Shown piece after piece: positions 16,293-27,100 of a stretch of DNA of 64,000 bases. Positions within the stretch are counted from its first letter, which is position 1. Each line of letters begins with the position of its first letter. The stretch lies in IMG/VR virus record IMGVR_UViG_2529292698_000003, one strand, 5' to 3'. This DNA comes from a virus. The notes beneath the pieces were generated by a model that worked only from the letters and a program-made list of their open reading frames with translations, was not told the origin of the DNA and did not search any database. A program made the translations under genes and the position numbers.

Positions 16293-17276
16293 TTAAAATA
16301 TATCATTTGCGTTCCACTCCATATGACCCTTAGAATAATTTGTTACTCTATTTGCAAAGAAATCTGTATGTTGTTTTCCTGCAGATAAAGCATCAAACCA
16401 TTTCATTCTTTCTAAAGATGTTGGGTCAATTCCATCTATAATTCCTTTATATCCTAAATCACCTAGTTTAGTATTTACTCTATGTTTGATAAAGTTTGTT
16501 AAGTCATATTTTGAACATCCTTCCAAATCGCCCATCTCATATACCTTTTCAATAAAATCAAGCTCTAATTGTAAAGATAAAAGTGCTGCTTCATTTATTG
16601 CTGCCTCTAGTTCAGGTGTTTTAAGTGATGGATGTTCTTCTATCATTGTTCTAAATAGCCAACAACCTGCATTTGAATGTAAAGATTCATCTCTAATTGA
16701 CCATTCAACTATTTGACCAACTCCCTTAAGTCTATTTGTTAGTTTAAATGAAAGTAATACTGCAAATGAACTAAATAAATTAACACCTTCAGTAAATGCT
16801 GAGAATATAGCTAAAGATTTTGCAGCTTCATGCCAGTCAGGTTCACCTTTAAAACTATCCCTAACATCCATTAAATTTTCAATTTTAGCCATTGTGGTTT
16901 CATCTTCCATAAATTCACTAAAATCATCTAAACCTAATGTTTCATTTAGTAATGAGTATGCTTCAGCGTGAATAGTTTCCATAGCACCAAACGTTGTTGC
17001 CATTGCTATAATTTCAGGTTTTCTAAACCAACTTGTTACTAATCCTGTCCAATAATCATTTACTACAGTTTCAGTTTGTGCAAATCCCTTTAAAATTGAA
17101 CCAATAATATTTTTTTCAACTTTACTTAAGTTTTGATTCCAATCTGTTAAATCGTTTGCAAGTGGTACCTCTGTAGGTAACCAATGTGCTTGATTTTGTT
17201 GGAGCCAATAGTCTGCTGCTTGTTGGTACTCAAAGGGTTTATAAGGGATACGTTCTTTTAAAATGTCTTTTTTCAT
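16293..17276 (-). CDS. nrdB: Class Ia ribonucleotide reductase beta subunit
   Basis: ETIHAEAY, TEGVNLFSSF, IRDESLH, DFFANRVTNY. Confidence 0.95.
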   Translation of the reverse strand: MKKDILKERIPYKPFEYQQAADYWLQQNQAHWLPTEVPLANDLTDWNQNLSKVEKNIIGSILKGFAQTETVVNDYWTGLVTSWFRKPEIIAMATTFGAMETIHAEAYSLLNETLGLDDFSEFMEDETTMAKIENLMDVRDSFKGEPDWHEAAKSLAIFSAFTEGVNLFSSFAVLLSFKLTNRLKGVGQIVEWSIRDESLHSNAGCWLFRTMIEEHPSLKTPELEAAINEAALLSLQLELDFIEKVYEMGDLEGCSKYDLTNFIKHRVNTKLGDLGYKGIIDGIDPTSLERMKWFDALSAGKQHTDFFANRVTNYSKGHMEWNANDIF

Positions 17277-17282
17277 TTTTAA

Positions 17283-18647
17283 TTAAGAGTTAAGTTCAAA
17301 AAATGCTCTTGATAAATGTTCTTTATCAAATTTGTCTATGTTAAGTGAACTGGATGAATTTGAGGAGGAAGAAGAAGGAGATGAATCTTCATCATACTCC
17401 TGGGTTATTTGGAAATGTCCTGTTGAAGTATCTGCTTGGATTTGATAGGTAATCCCATCCATTCCATAACGGTTCTTCATTATGTGGAATCTTCCTGTAT
17501 TATTTACTTTATCTTCTTTCTTCCTGGAGAGTGAGATTGCAACATCTGTAATCATCATTTTATCGTATGATCCTGCGGCCTTATCACCCTCAATTATATC
17601 ATCCTTTGAGCCAGCTCTATTAACTTGGGATACACTCCAAATTGGTGTGTTAAGTTCTCGAGCTAAACCCTTGGTGCTTGTATAAATATCATCAATTTCA
17701 AACTTACGATCTGTAGAATTACGTTTTGATTTTAAAAGGTCAACATAATCAATGATTATTAAATCTGGTTCAAGTCCTAGTGATTTGAGTTTTTGTATAT
17801 GTGCTTCAATAGTTGTAATAGTTGCACGTCCTGTTGGAAATTCTTTAATAACTAATTCACCTTCTAACATCTCAACAGTACTTTCAACTTTATCTCTTTC
17901 CTCTGAAATTTTATTTACTGGGATATGGGTAAAGAAAGAGTCATATCTTCTCCCAACATAATCTTCTCCTAATTCTAAAGTATAATGAACTACATTATAA
18001 CCCATTTTAACAGCAAACCCACCTAATGCAACTAATGACCATGATTTACCTCCACCTGGGTTACCAAATATTAGACCAAAGTCTCCATTTCCTAACCCAC
18101 CTTGTATTAACTCATTTATTTCAGGCCAAGGAGTAGGAATAGTAATTCTATTATCTTCACGGTATCTAGACTCAACATCTTTATTATATTCATGTCCTAT
18201 ATTTTTATCTTGTCCTGCTTTTAACGCGCCTTCAACCATTAGTTTAATAGAATCATAATCACCTGCTTGGAGTAAATCTACGGATTTAAGTAATGCTTTT
18301 TTAAGTTGCTGGTTTTTGCAAAATGTAGAGAATTCTTCTTTTACATACTCTAAATCTTCTTCAGATGATTGATATGCTGCTCTTAACTGTTCTTTAATTG
18401 AGATTTGTAAAACTTCATTTTTTATCTTTTTTAATTCAACTTTTAAAATATCCATACTCGGGGTAGTATGATATTTTGCATAGTATTTTAAAATATTTTT
18501 AATGATCCATTTATTTGCATCACTTCCAAAATCATTTTCATCTAGAATATCATGTATGTTAACAAGAAAATCTTTATGAGTAAGGAGGGATGAAATAACC
18601 TTTATTTGGAACTGAGGTCCATATTGATCTATACTTTGTAATGTCAA
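17283..18647 (-). CDS. gp41: Replicative DnaB/gp41-type helicase
   Basis: Walker A GNPGGGKS, YTLEL, IIIDYVDL, SQVNR, MKNRYG; TTG start. Confidence 0.9.
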   Translation of the reverse strand: MTLQSIDQYGPQFQIKVISSLLTHKDFLVNIHDILDENDFGSDANKWIIKNILKYYAKYHTTPSMDILKVELKKIKNEVLQISIKEQLRAAYQSSEEDLEYVKEEFSTFCKNQQLKKALLKSVDLLQAGDYDSIKLMVEGALKAGQDKNIGHEYNKDVESRYREDNRITIPTPWPEINELIQGGLGNGDFGLIFGNPGGGKSWSLVALGGFAVKMGYNVVHYTLELGEDYVGRRYDSFFTHIPVNKISEERDKVESTVEMLEGELVIKEFPTGRATITTIEAHIQKLKSLGLEPDLIIIDYVDLLKSKRNSTDRKFEIDDIYTSTKGLARELNTPIWSVSQVNRAGSKDDIIEGDKAAGSYDKMMITDVAISLSRKKEDKVNNTGRFHIMKNRYGMDGITYQIQADTSTGHFQITQEYDEDSSPSSSSSNSSSSLNIDKFDKEHLSRAFFELNS

Positions 18648-18671
18648 AACTTATTTTTTTAATGTTAATAC

Positions 18672-19694
18672 TTATTTTAAACTTTCAAAACGATCTTTTA
18701 ACCATACGTTAACATTTCTAATTAAATTCCCCAACCTATCTTGTTCATACATTTTAAGAAAATGTTGAGGATGGTATTCAGGTTTATAATCTGCTACGTA
18801 CTGGTCTATGTATTTTTTATCCTCTTCATCTATCATTGGTTTTTTAAGATCCATTACTTTATATCTCTTCTCTAATGCTCCAGGATCACTTAAAACTCTA
18901 GCATATATAACATGATCTTTTAATTTATTTTCACTTATTAAAAGTAAATCATCTAAACTTATCTCATCTCCTTTTAATTCAGGAAACATCTTATATAGTT
19001 TCTTTGGTCCTAATCCCTTAATACCTGGAATTTTATCAGAATTGTCTCCCATTAAAACTTTATATAAAATAAAATTATGGGGTGGTAAACCAAATTTTTC
19101 TTTTACCAAATTTTCTGTAAAATACTTTTTTATTATTGGAGAATAAACTATAACTTGCTTATTAACTAATTGAAGATAATCTTTATCGCTAGATACGATA
19201 AAAATTCTATCATTTGGATCTTGTGGTAAAGTACTACTTAGATATGCTATGATATCATCTGCTTCTACTTTATCAATAGATAAAGACCTAACTGGGAGGG
19301 TTTTGATATATTGGATGATTCTAACAAGTTGATCAACTTTTGAATCATCTTCATCCTCATGGGATTCAAAAACCTCCCAATTAGTTACTCTTGAGACATT
19401 TCTATCAGATTTATATTCGGGAATAATATTTTTTCTATTATTTGAAGATCCAACTCCATCCCACACTATATAAACTTCAGTGGGTTCAATTTGCCTAATC
19501 ATAGCTCCTAAAGATCGAAGGAATCCTCCCAATCCTCCTATATGTGCTCCTTTTTCATTTACAGCATTAATTATTGTAAAATTTCTAAAGAATAGATTTA
19601 AGGCATCTATTAATAGTACTCGTCTTTCTTTAGGAGTATCATCCCCTTGCTCTTGGACATTGTCCAAAATTTTTAATAAATCTTTATTGCTCAT
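18672..19694 (-). CDS. rnh: 5'-3' exonuclease / flap endonuclease (T4 RNase H-like)
   Basis: LLIDALNL, VWDG, YKSDR, EADDIIA, SSDKDYLQL, GDNSDKIPGIKGLGPK. Confidence 0.9.
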   Translation of the reverse strand: MSNKDLLKILDNVQEQGDDTPKERRVLLIDALNLFFRNFTIINAVNEKGAHIGGLGGFLRSLGAMIRQIEPTEVYIVWDGVGSSNNRKNIIPEYKSDRNVSRVTNWEVFESHEDEDDSKVDQLVRIIQYIKTLPVRSLSIDKVEADDIIAYLSSTLPQDPNDRIFIVSSDKDYLQLVNKQVIVYSPIIKKYFTENLVKEKFGLPPHNFILYKVLMGDNSDKIPGIKGLGPKKLYKMFPELKGDEISLDDLLLISENKLKDHVIYARVLSDPGALEKRYKVMDLKKPMIDEEDKKYIDQYVADYKPEYHPQHFLKMYEQDRLGNLIRNVNVWLKDRFESLK

Positions 19695-19697
19695 ATT

Positions 19698-20774
19698 TTA
19701 TTGTGGTTCTTCAGCAAAAGACTCGATATCCATTTCTGGTGAGTCTTCTTCTATAATATTAAAATCTTCTCCTCCTAATATCTTTTTCCAATCAGCAGTA
19801 TGATCTTTTTTATATTGTTTAAGAGCTTTTTCATCATCATTAATAAACCCATGAGGGGTCATAACAATTCTACCTTTAGTTTGAACACCATTGATGTGGT
19901 TCTTATCAATTTGAATATTTGTACGTTTAGCAAATTCAACTTGTTTACCATCTTTGATTGCTTTAATCTTAGATGTACCAGCGTTAGCAACATTACCAAA
20001 TGTAATTACAAAAGTAGCATCAAACCACATTGCAAATCCTCCTTTATTCATCAACTTAGGTTGACCCATTGGAGTTGCAGGTTTTTGTGTCCATACTTTG
20101 TTAATACAAACTAAAGTATTGGTAAATGGTGAAGATTCTTTACGTGATAAAGTAATACGTTGGTTAACGTTATTTCCAAATTGAGTTGACATAGCACCTG
20201 CGTTCCACTCATTGTTATTTTTGTTTGATTTAACAGACATTTCACATGGTACTGAACCAATTGAATCCCACAAAAACATTAAATCTACTGGGAGATTCAT
20301 TTTCTTTTGTTCATCTATTAAATCTAAAACAAATGCAGCTACATCTTCAATAGTATGAATAGTTTCTCTATCTACATAAAGAAAATTACCTTTATAATCT
20401 AAAATTTCACCTGTTTCTTCATCAACAACTTCTTCCACTTCTAATCCCATCATTTTTGCATGTTCCCAAGACCATTTCATCTCTGTAATAATGAAAACAG
20501 GCATAATACCACGTTTTTGGGCAGCAACAGCTGCTTCTAGTAACGCGGTAGTTTTACCTGTATCTGAATGACCTCTCAACAATACAATGTGACCTAATGG
20601 AATACCTGGAACTGATAATACATCTGAAAAAGCATCTGATAGTGGGATCCATTCTTGGTCTTTAAATTTAACATTTGAATTGAGTCCTTTTTTTTCCTTG
20701 AATCCATCAAGGTCAAATCCTTTTTTAAGTTCAGAGGAGACTGCTTCCGATAAAGATTTTTTCTTTCTAGCCAT
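19698..20774 (-). CDS. uvsX: RecA/UvsX-like recombinase
   Basis: GHSDTGKTT Walker A, LWDSIG, KGG..MWFDA, IDKNHI. Confidence 0.85.
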   Translation of the reverse strand: MARKKKSLSEAVSSELKKGFDLDGFKEKKGLNSNVKFKDQEWIPLSDAFSDVLSVPGIPLGHIVLLRGHSDTGKTTALLEAAVAAQKRGIMPVFIITEMKWSWEHAKMMGLEVEEVVDEETGEILDYKGNFLYVDRETIHTIEDVAAFVLDLIDEQKKMNLPVDLMFLWDSIGSVPCEMSVKSNKNNNEWNAGAMSTQFGNNVNQRITLSRKESSPFTNTLVCINKVWTQKPATPMGQPKLMNKGGFAMWFDATFVITFGNVANAGTSKIKAIKDGKQVEFAKRTNIQIDKNHINGVQTKGRIVMTPHGFINDDEKALKQYKKDHTADWKKILGGEDFNIIEEDSPEMDIESFAEEPQ

Positions 20775-20790
20775 AACTTATTTTTATTTA

Positions 20791-21645
20791 TTAAAAGGGT
20801 AAACCATCATCCTCTTCCTCATCATCAAACAACTCATCAAATTTATCTACAGGAGCTTTTGAATCTTTTTTAGTTGAAAGAGAATAATTTGATTTAGGTG
20901 TTTCCTTAACATCATCATCAAACCCAGATGGAGTTTCAGAAATAATTTCATCTTCAGCTTCTTCAGGGTTAAGGAAATTTTGAAGAATCTTTTTTAAAGA
21001 ATCAAAATCTTTTTTAAATGGTTTTTGTAGGTCTAAAACATTATCTTGATTTTCTAACCACCCATTCACCTCATCCGCATCCTTACTAAGTGGGGATTCT
21101 TTACGTTTAGGTGAGATTGATGCAATCTTAAGAAAAGAACGACCATTCATTTCTCCTGGTTCTACATTTACTGTAAAATCAAATCCTTCAGAAACATCAG
21201 TAAAATTACCATAATCCTCATCATCAGCAACACTTAACAATTGTTGATAGACATTTTTACCAAATTCCCAAAGACGAACTCCTTTATCCTCTTCTCCACG
21301 AACTACAACTTGCGCAAAATATCTCATTTTAGGATCAAGTTGTTTAGCTAATTTCCAATTTTTGGATTCATTAGTTTTACGTAATTCTTTAACAAATTCT
21401 ACAATTGGGTCTTTTTCTTCCCAGTTAGTTAAAGCATAGATAGGAAATTTAGTGTATCCATAATGAAGTTGGACTTCTTGAATAGGCCATTCTTTGTTAA
21501 ACTTAGAAGGGACAATACGAACTTGATGTTTACCTTCGGTTTTGGGTTTCCAATAGACTTTAGTGTAATCTATTTTTTCATACTCCTTTTTCTTTTGTTG
21601 AGGTTGGAGAGCCTCCATCTTCTTTTTAATTAGGCTTAAATCCAT
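20791..21645 (-). CDS. gp32: Single-stranded DNA-binding protein (gp32-like)
   Basis: YWKP..GKHQVRIVP, DPIVE, VRLWEFGK, EGFDF, acidic tail ending LPF. Confidence 0.8.
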   Translation of the reverse strand: MDLSLIKKKMEALQPQQKKKEYEKIDYTKVYWKPKTEGKHQVRIVPSKFNKEWPIQEVQLHYGYTKFPIYALTNWEEKDPIVEFVKELRKTNESKNWKLAKQLDPKMRYFAQVVVRGEEDKGVRLWEFGKNVYQQLLSVADDEDYGNFTDVSEGFDFTVNVEPGEMNGRSFLKIASISPKRKESPLSKDADEVNGWLENQDNVLDLQKPFKKDFDSLKKILQNFLNPEEAEDEIISETPSGFDDDVKETPKSNYSLSTKKDSKAPVDKFDELFDDEEEDDGLPF

Positions 21646-21676
21646 AATATAACTTGTTTTTTATAATGTATAACTA

Positions 21677-21705
21677 AATATAATAACCTTTATCTTCTTA
21701 ACCAA
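21677..21705 (-). promoter_or_regulatory. Class 1 promoter TTGGTT-N17-TATATT
   Basis: Exact spacer, upstream of SSB. Confidence 0.7.
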
Positions 21706-21711
21706 ACTTTT

Positions 21712-22173
21712 TTAAAGATTTATTATCTTATAAATTTTAGTGTTTAGTTGTTTTAACTCATTATGTTGAGTTAATAAAATACAATTTCTATAATGCTGCC
21801 AATCAATTGGGAATTTAGTGTCTACAATCCCATTATTGAGGCTTTTAATAAGAGTATTTAATGCATTTATTGTATAAAGAGTATTAGTTTCTTTTTTTCT
21901 ATGAACTAATATTGTATTTTCGGGGATTGAAGAAATGTTGCCCTGATCAACATTATATGTGATAACATATTCTTCATTGCTTTTAACTTGAAGAACAAAT
22001 ATCTTTTTATATAAAACATCATAGCTATTAGACACCTCATAAATAAGTGTATCTAGGTCGTCTAATTGAGTAAATGTGCAGAATAATCTATTATTCATTG
22101 AACTAATGTTATCAAACGTATCAAAATCATACTGGTGATACATATGTTCAAGAGGTGTTAAAGTTTGGTTCAT
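21712..22173 (-). CDS. Hypothetical protein
   Basis: 153-aa ORF between polymerase and SSB. Confidence 0.6.
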   Translation of the reverse strand: MNQTLTPLEHMYHQYDFDTFDNISSMNNRLFCTFTQLDDLDTLIYEVSNSYDVLYKKIFVLQVKSNEEYVITYNVDQGNISSIPENTILVHRKKETNTLYTINALNTLIKSLNNGIVDTKFPIDWQHYRNCILLTQHNELKQLNTKIYKIINL

Positions 22174-22182
22174 AACTTGTTT

Positions 22183-23430
22183 TTAAAAATTGTAATTTTT
22201 TCCTTTTTTAATTTTAATATTTAATTTGTGGTTTTTAAATATGTCTAATATTTGTTTAATAGTATCTTTCTCCTCCTTATCTACATCTAATAAAAAAGAA
22301 TCATACACATATAATACTAATTTAGTATTTTTATTTCTTAATAATTTTAAGATTTTATATAATATAAGAACATTATTTGAAGTTTCCAAGTTTTGAAGTA
22401 AATAATTTAAAAGTTTTTGAGGATTCATATTCTCAAGTCTATCCTTATCAAATCTATGTTTTGATATAGGACACTCAATATATCCTTTACTTTTAAATTC
22501 TTCCCATAATTTATTAGTATATTCTTTAACCTTACTAAAAAATTCTAAATGTTCGTATTGTTTAAATACTCCACCATATAATTGTTTAAATGTTAATTCT
22601 TTAGCCTTTTTGTAATCCACACCATACATTTCAGCAAATGATTGATGAATATCTCCTTCAGGAAATTCAAATCCTATTACTTTGGCTAGTAATATGGGGT
22701 GGTAAGCACTGATATCTATATCTAAGAAAAAATCATTATGTGGTATAAATGCTTCTCTTTCTCCATTGTTTTTATTTAAAGCTGCAAAGTTAATGCCACC
22801 GAATTTATTTGAGGGTCTCATTGTTGTTGTATCTAAATTATATTGGGTATAGACATAACCTTGAGCTTCAAAGTTAAAATATCTGTTATAAACTTCTTGG
22901 TTGAGTTTTAAACCATTTTTTTCTATTAAATTAAACACCAAGTCTGCTTTATCTCTAAAACTTGATGGGTTTTGGAATTCAAGGTTAGAGAATAACTCCT
23001 CACAATATTCATAATGTTTAACAAGAGGTATTATACAATTTATGTTAGTTTGGTTTGGGTATTTCCTATAGTAAAATTCATGAGTTTGTGTATATTCATG
23101 TATATACGGAGGAGGGGGGAGGGGTGTGGTATGGCAAGATTTATGAAAGAAATAATGTAGAAATTCTTTTTTATCTCTAACATATATTGTCGCAATATCT
23201 GCTAGTACCTGCTGTATACTGCTATATTCTAAATGAAATGTGTCGTTGTGTTGAAGGCATATCATATAGCCTTTATTCGCGTTTACTAGCGGTCTAATGT
23301 AAACTAATGATACGGGGTTGAGTGTTGGATGTATGTTTGGGGAGAATGGTATTACCTCAACAAATGCTTCTTTAAAGCCTTGTCTTCTAAATATATCAAG
23401 TTGAGATTCAGTTTCTATAATCCAAAACAT
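22183..23430 (-). CDS. Small divergent family A DNA polymerase
   Basis: TTMRPSN, motif A DIDISAYHP, motif B KELTFKQLYG, NYLLQ, motif C YVYDSFLLD. Confidence 0.75.
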   Translation of the reverse strand: MFWIIETESQLDIFRRQGFKEAFVEVIPFSPNIHPTLNPVSLVYIRPLVNANKGYMICLQHNDTFHLEYSSIQQVLADIATIYVRDKKEFLHYFFHKSCHTTPLPPPPYIHEYTQTHEFYYRKYPNQTNINCIIPLVKHYEYCEELFSNLEFQNPSSFRDKADLVFNLIEKNGLKLNQEVYNRYFNFEAQGYVYTQYNLDTTTMRPSNKFGGINFAALNKNNGEREAFIPHNDFFLDIDISAYHPILLAKVIGFEFPEGDIHQSFAEMYGVDYKKAKELTFKQLYGGVFKQYEHLEFFSKVKEYTNKLWEEFKSKGYIECPISKHRFDKDRLENMNPQKLLNYLLQNLETSNNVLILYKILKLLRNKNTKLVLYVYDSFLLDVDKEEKDTIKQILDIFKNHKLNIKIKKGKNYNF

Positions 23431-23437
23431 ATCTCAT

Positions 23438-23466
23438 AATATACGATATATTTTTTATGATTCCAA
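23438..23466 (-). promoter_or_regulatory. Class 1 promoter TTGGAA-N17-TATATT
   Basis: -10 ends 7 nt before the polymerase ATG. Confidence 0.65.
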
Positions 23467-24105
23467 ATAATATTTTAAAAAGTTATCTTTAAAATATTTT
23501 ACAAAACCATACCATTTATTTCTTTGTTCTATTAAGGTAATATTGTTTTTGTTTGCATTATATGTTTGAGTTTTACCACCTTTTATTTGCCATATTACTT
23601 GAAGTGAGGTGTATAAATCCCAAGCAATTGTTTTGTCTTTATTTTGTAGTTTTGTAAATTGTTCTTTGTTTATTTCTATGTAGAGATTTTCATTGGTTTT
23701 TTTACAAAAATATCTTGGAAATGATCCTAAATCCTTATCTTTTTGGGTTGGTAGAGTTTGGAGGGGGGTTGGTAGAGAACGACCTAATCCAGAATCATTG
23801 TTTGGGATATAATCTGAAATATTTTGTATTGGGTTAGAGTTGGGAAGAGGAGGGAAACCAGAATTAACTCTAGTAATTGGATTTGAAGGTAAGGTTTGGT
23901 TTGTTAATTGGGGATTACCTGAGATATTAGGGTTTATTGGGATTAGGAGGATATTTGGGGTATTCGAGGAGGGACTACCTGTGAATTTATTACCGTTAGA
24001 AATCTCATAAAAATATCCTATATAAAGTTCTCCAGTTGTAGAAAGAACATATTCCTCCCCATTAGTGTAAAGGTTTAATTTTATTTGAGATTTAGGATAA
24101 TACAT
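23455..24105 (-). CDS. Hypothetical protein, last gene of baseplate block
   Basis: 216-aa ORF, Pro/Asn-rich middle. Confidence 0.6.
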   Translation of the reverse strand: MYYPKSQIKLNLYTNGEEYVLSTTGELYIGYFYEISNGNKFTGSPSSNTPNILLIPINPNISGNPQLTNQTLPSNPITRVNSGFPPLPNSNPIQNISDYIPNNDSGLGRSLPTPLQTLPTQKDKDLGSFPRYFCKKTNENLYIEINKEQFTKLQNKDKTIAWDLYTSLQVIWQIKGGKTQTYNANKNNITLIEQRNKWYGFVKYFKDNFLKYYLES

Positions 24106-24131
24106 TTACTTTTTTAGTATAAATTTTTAGG

Positions 24132-27100
24132 TTAGGTTTTTTGGTTTGAGATTGTTGGAACAACTGCAAAACCATCTAGTGATGAGGCATTATATGATTT
24201 GTTAGAGATAAATTTTGTTGCTCCCCCATCTCTACTATTTCCTGCTCCAGTATTTCCACCAATAGCAGCATAACCCCCCGGGTAAGTTGCAACTACTATA
24301 TCAACATGCCCACCATCTTTATAAGTATATTTAGCAATATCTCCTGGTTTTGGTGTTTTTGTCTTATTTAAAACTTGTTTTCTAGTAATAAATTGGAGTT
24401 TAGGGTTTGTTTTAAAATTATTCTTTATGGTTGCTGTACCTGGGCTTACAATTGCCCCTCCTTCAAGTAATCCATTCCATATCCCTTTATAAGTATCTGC
24501 AAATGTGGTTGGTATGTTAACTGCACTGGCTGCACTGTCAATTGAAGGTGTGTATGCATTACCTGTTGTAAAAGCTTCTTTCCAAACTAATTGACAGAAC
24601 CAAGCACACCAAGGTTCAGGTATAGTCCATTTGTATTTTAATTCTTTAAATTTATTTTCATATATTATATTATGCCAACCTTGGTTATTACCTGGGAGTT
24701 CATTTAGCCCTACATATGAAGCCGCTATTTCAACTATTCTTTTTCTTATAGCATTATCCCTAAGATATTCAACAGGATCTCCTCCACGTTTAAACTCCAT
24801 ACCTGAATTCTTTACTTTTTGCTGTATTTCTTGATCACTTAAAGCACCTTTTGCTAATTCTCCTTGGTAGCTTTTGCCTTCTATTCCTAGGGATGTATCA
24901 CCTGATCTATTACCTGTAAAAAATCCTTCATTAGGGTTTGTTCTAGTTTTAGCTAATGGTCCTGATGCTGTTTGGGTTTTGATACCATATTTTAATGAGA
25001 CATTTTCTATCAAAATTCTATTTACTTCTTCAAACCTTTCATTATAAGGGAATATCTTATTTCCTTTTTCATCATAATTTTCAGGAATTACAACTGTGTT
25101 AATAGAGGTTTCCCAATCATTATTATTTAATTTATGGTTTACGGATGTTGTTAAAAAACGTAAAGAATCAGTATAGTTTTTAGGTAAAAATCTTGTACTT
25201 GTTCTTACAACATTATATATCTTCATTCCAGATATCCCATCCATAGATAAATTTAAATTTATAGGAACAAATCCTATAATTGGAGATCCATATTTAGGAT
25301 TTTTTTGTTTGAATTGATATTGACAATATTTATAAAATTCAGTAGCAAAACTTACTTGGGTATTTATGAGTTCAGTATCTAAATAATATCCACCATTTGA
25401 GGATCTATTTGTTATTGGGGGTTTTAGAAGAACATTTTCTACATAATTTATAACAGCTTCATTAGCACTGCCTGAGGGGAGTGGGTTTGTGGATGGGTCA
25501 GGTTGGATATATTCTTCTTTAAATCTATCTGTAATTCCTGTATTCCATTTAGAAAGCATAGTTGCTTCCATCCCTTTAGTATACCCTGCAGCTGTAGCTC
25601 CAATTGATACCATTGAAGCATATTCTTTACTTACTGTAGATTTAACTGAGAACTTTCTAACAAAGTTAGAAGAATTATTTGTGGTATTATATCCATATAA
25701 TTCTAAAGTATAATCATCAGCAGGGGGTTCATCAGGTGTATAACTTCCATCAATTATTCTAATAGTGTTAGTTTCTTCGTCGATGGTAGGCTCAAGGTTA
25801 TTAACTCCACCTAAAGCTTTATTTATAGCAGAACATAAAGAAGATAAAAAATCATACAAAGATAAATTTCCTTCTTCATCTAAATTATCATTTATACTAG
25901 ATTCTATTTGGGAAAAATTAATATAAATGTTCATTAAATATGCATAGTCATTTCCCTCTTCAAACCATCCTGGAAGTTGGGGTAGGACTTCAAGTGATTG
26001 ATTTAACCCTACAGGATATTTAGATCTTACTAGACAAACTCTTGGATCGTATGATTGTTGGTATGGGAAATGATACATACGATTTGAATCCCATTGATCT
26101 GTATGGATTTTTATAATTTTTTCTGAGGTGTTTTTTTCAATAGGGATTATGGTACTTTCTGTATATTGTAATAGATATCCTAACCTCATATAGTATTGAG
26201 GATTATCTACATTTTTATTTCCTTCTTCAGTTATATAATTTAATGTAAAAACTTCTTTCCCATATGAACTTCCATCTGATATAAATTTAGTAGTTGTAAG
26301 AGATTTTTGTCCGGAGACGCTTATTACATCTGATAAAAATGGGGATGTTCCAATAACAATGTCACCATTTTTTATTTCTTCTTTATATTCTCTTTTTAAT
26401 TCTAATATTTTATTCTCAACTTCAGAAGGTGGAAGAGTATAAACTCTATTATTAATAGGAATTTTAATTTCTGGTTGGAATTCTACAAATCTTCCTGTTT
26501 CAATTCTACCATCTTCTTCTGCAATATCTATACCATCTAATCTATATGTTAAACCATTTTCCCAAGGGTTTGTAGATCCTTCAATAGATTGTTGGTCTGA
26601 GAATTTCCAAAGATTAAGATGGGCTTTTATAGAATTATCTATAGGAAAAACTTCAGGTGTTTCTCCACCTAATTCTTTGCCTTCTTCTAAGAAGTTTAAT
26701 TTTGTAAAAAAGTCAATTACTTCCTTTGTAGGAGGTACATTCATTTTCAATGATTCAATTACATCACCTACACTAATTAAAGATAGAGTAATATCATATG
26801 TTCCATTTTCAGAAATAGTCCAATCAAAATTTCTTACTTTGGCAAGGAGTCCATCATAGTTTCCATCATGTTTTTCTCTATATTCTGTTATTTTATTTAA
26901 AAAATCACTAAAGGTTTTTGGAGAAAGTGTTGAAATTGGAAAATTTGGGGAAAAAATTGTACCTGCGAGTGAAGCTGCATTTGTAAGTGTAGGAGTATTA
27001 TTACTATTATCTCCTTGACCCCAACCCTCATTGAAAAAACCATCTTTGTCTTCTATAAGAGTATAATTCATGTTTTTATACTCTTCATTATTATCATAAT

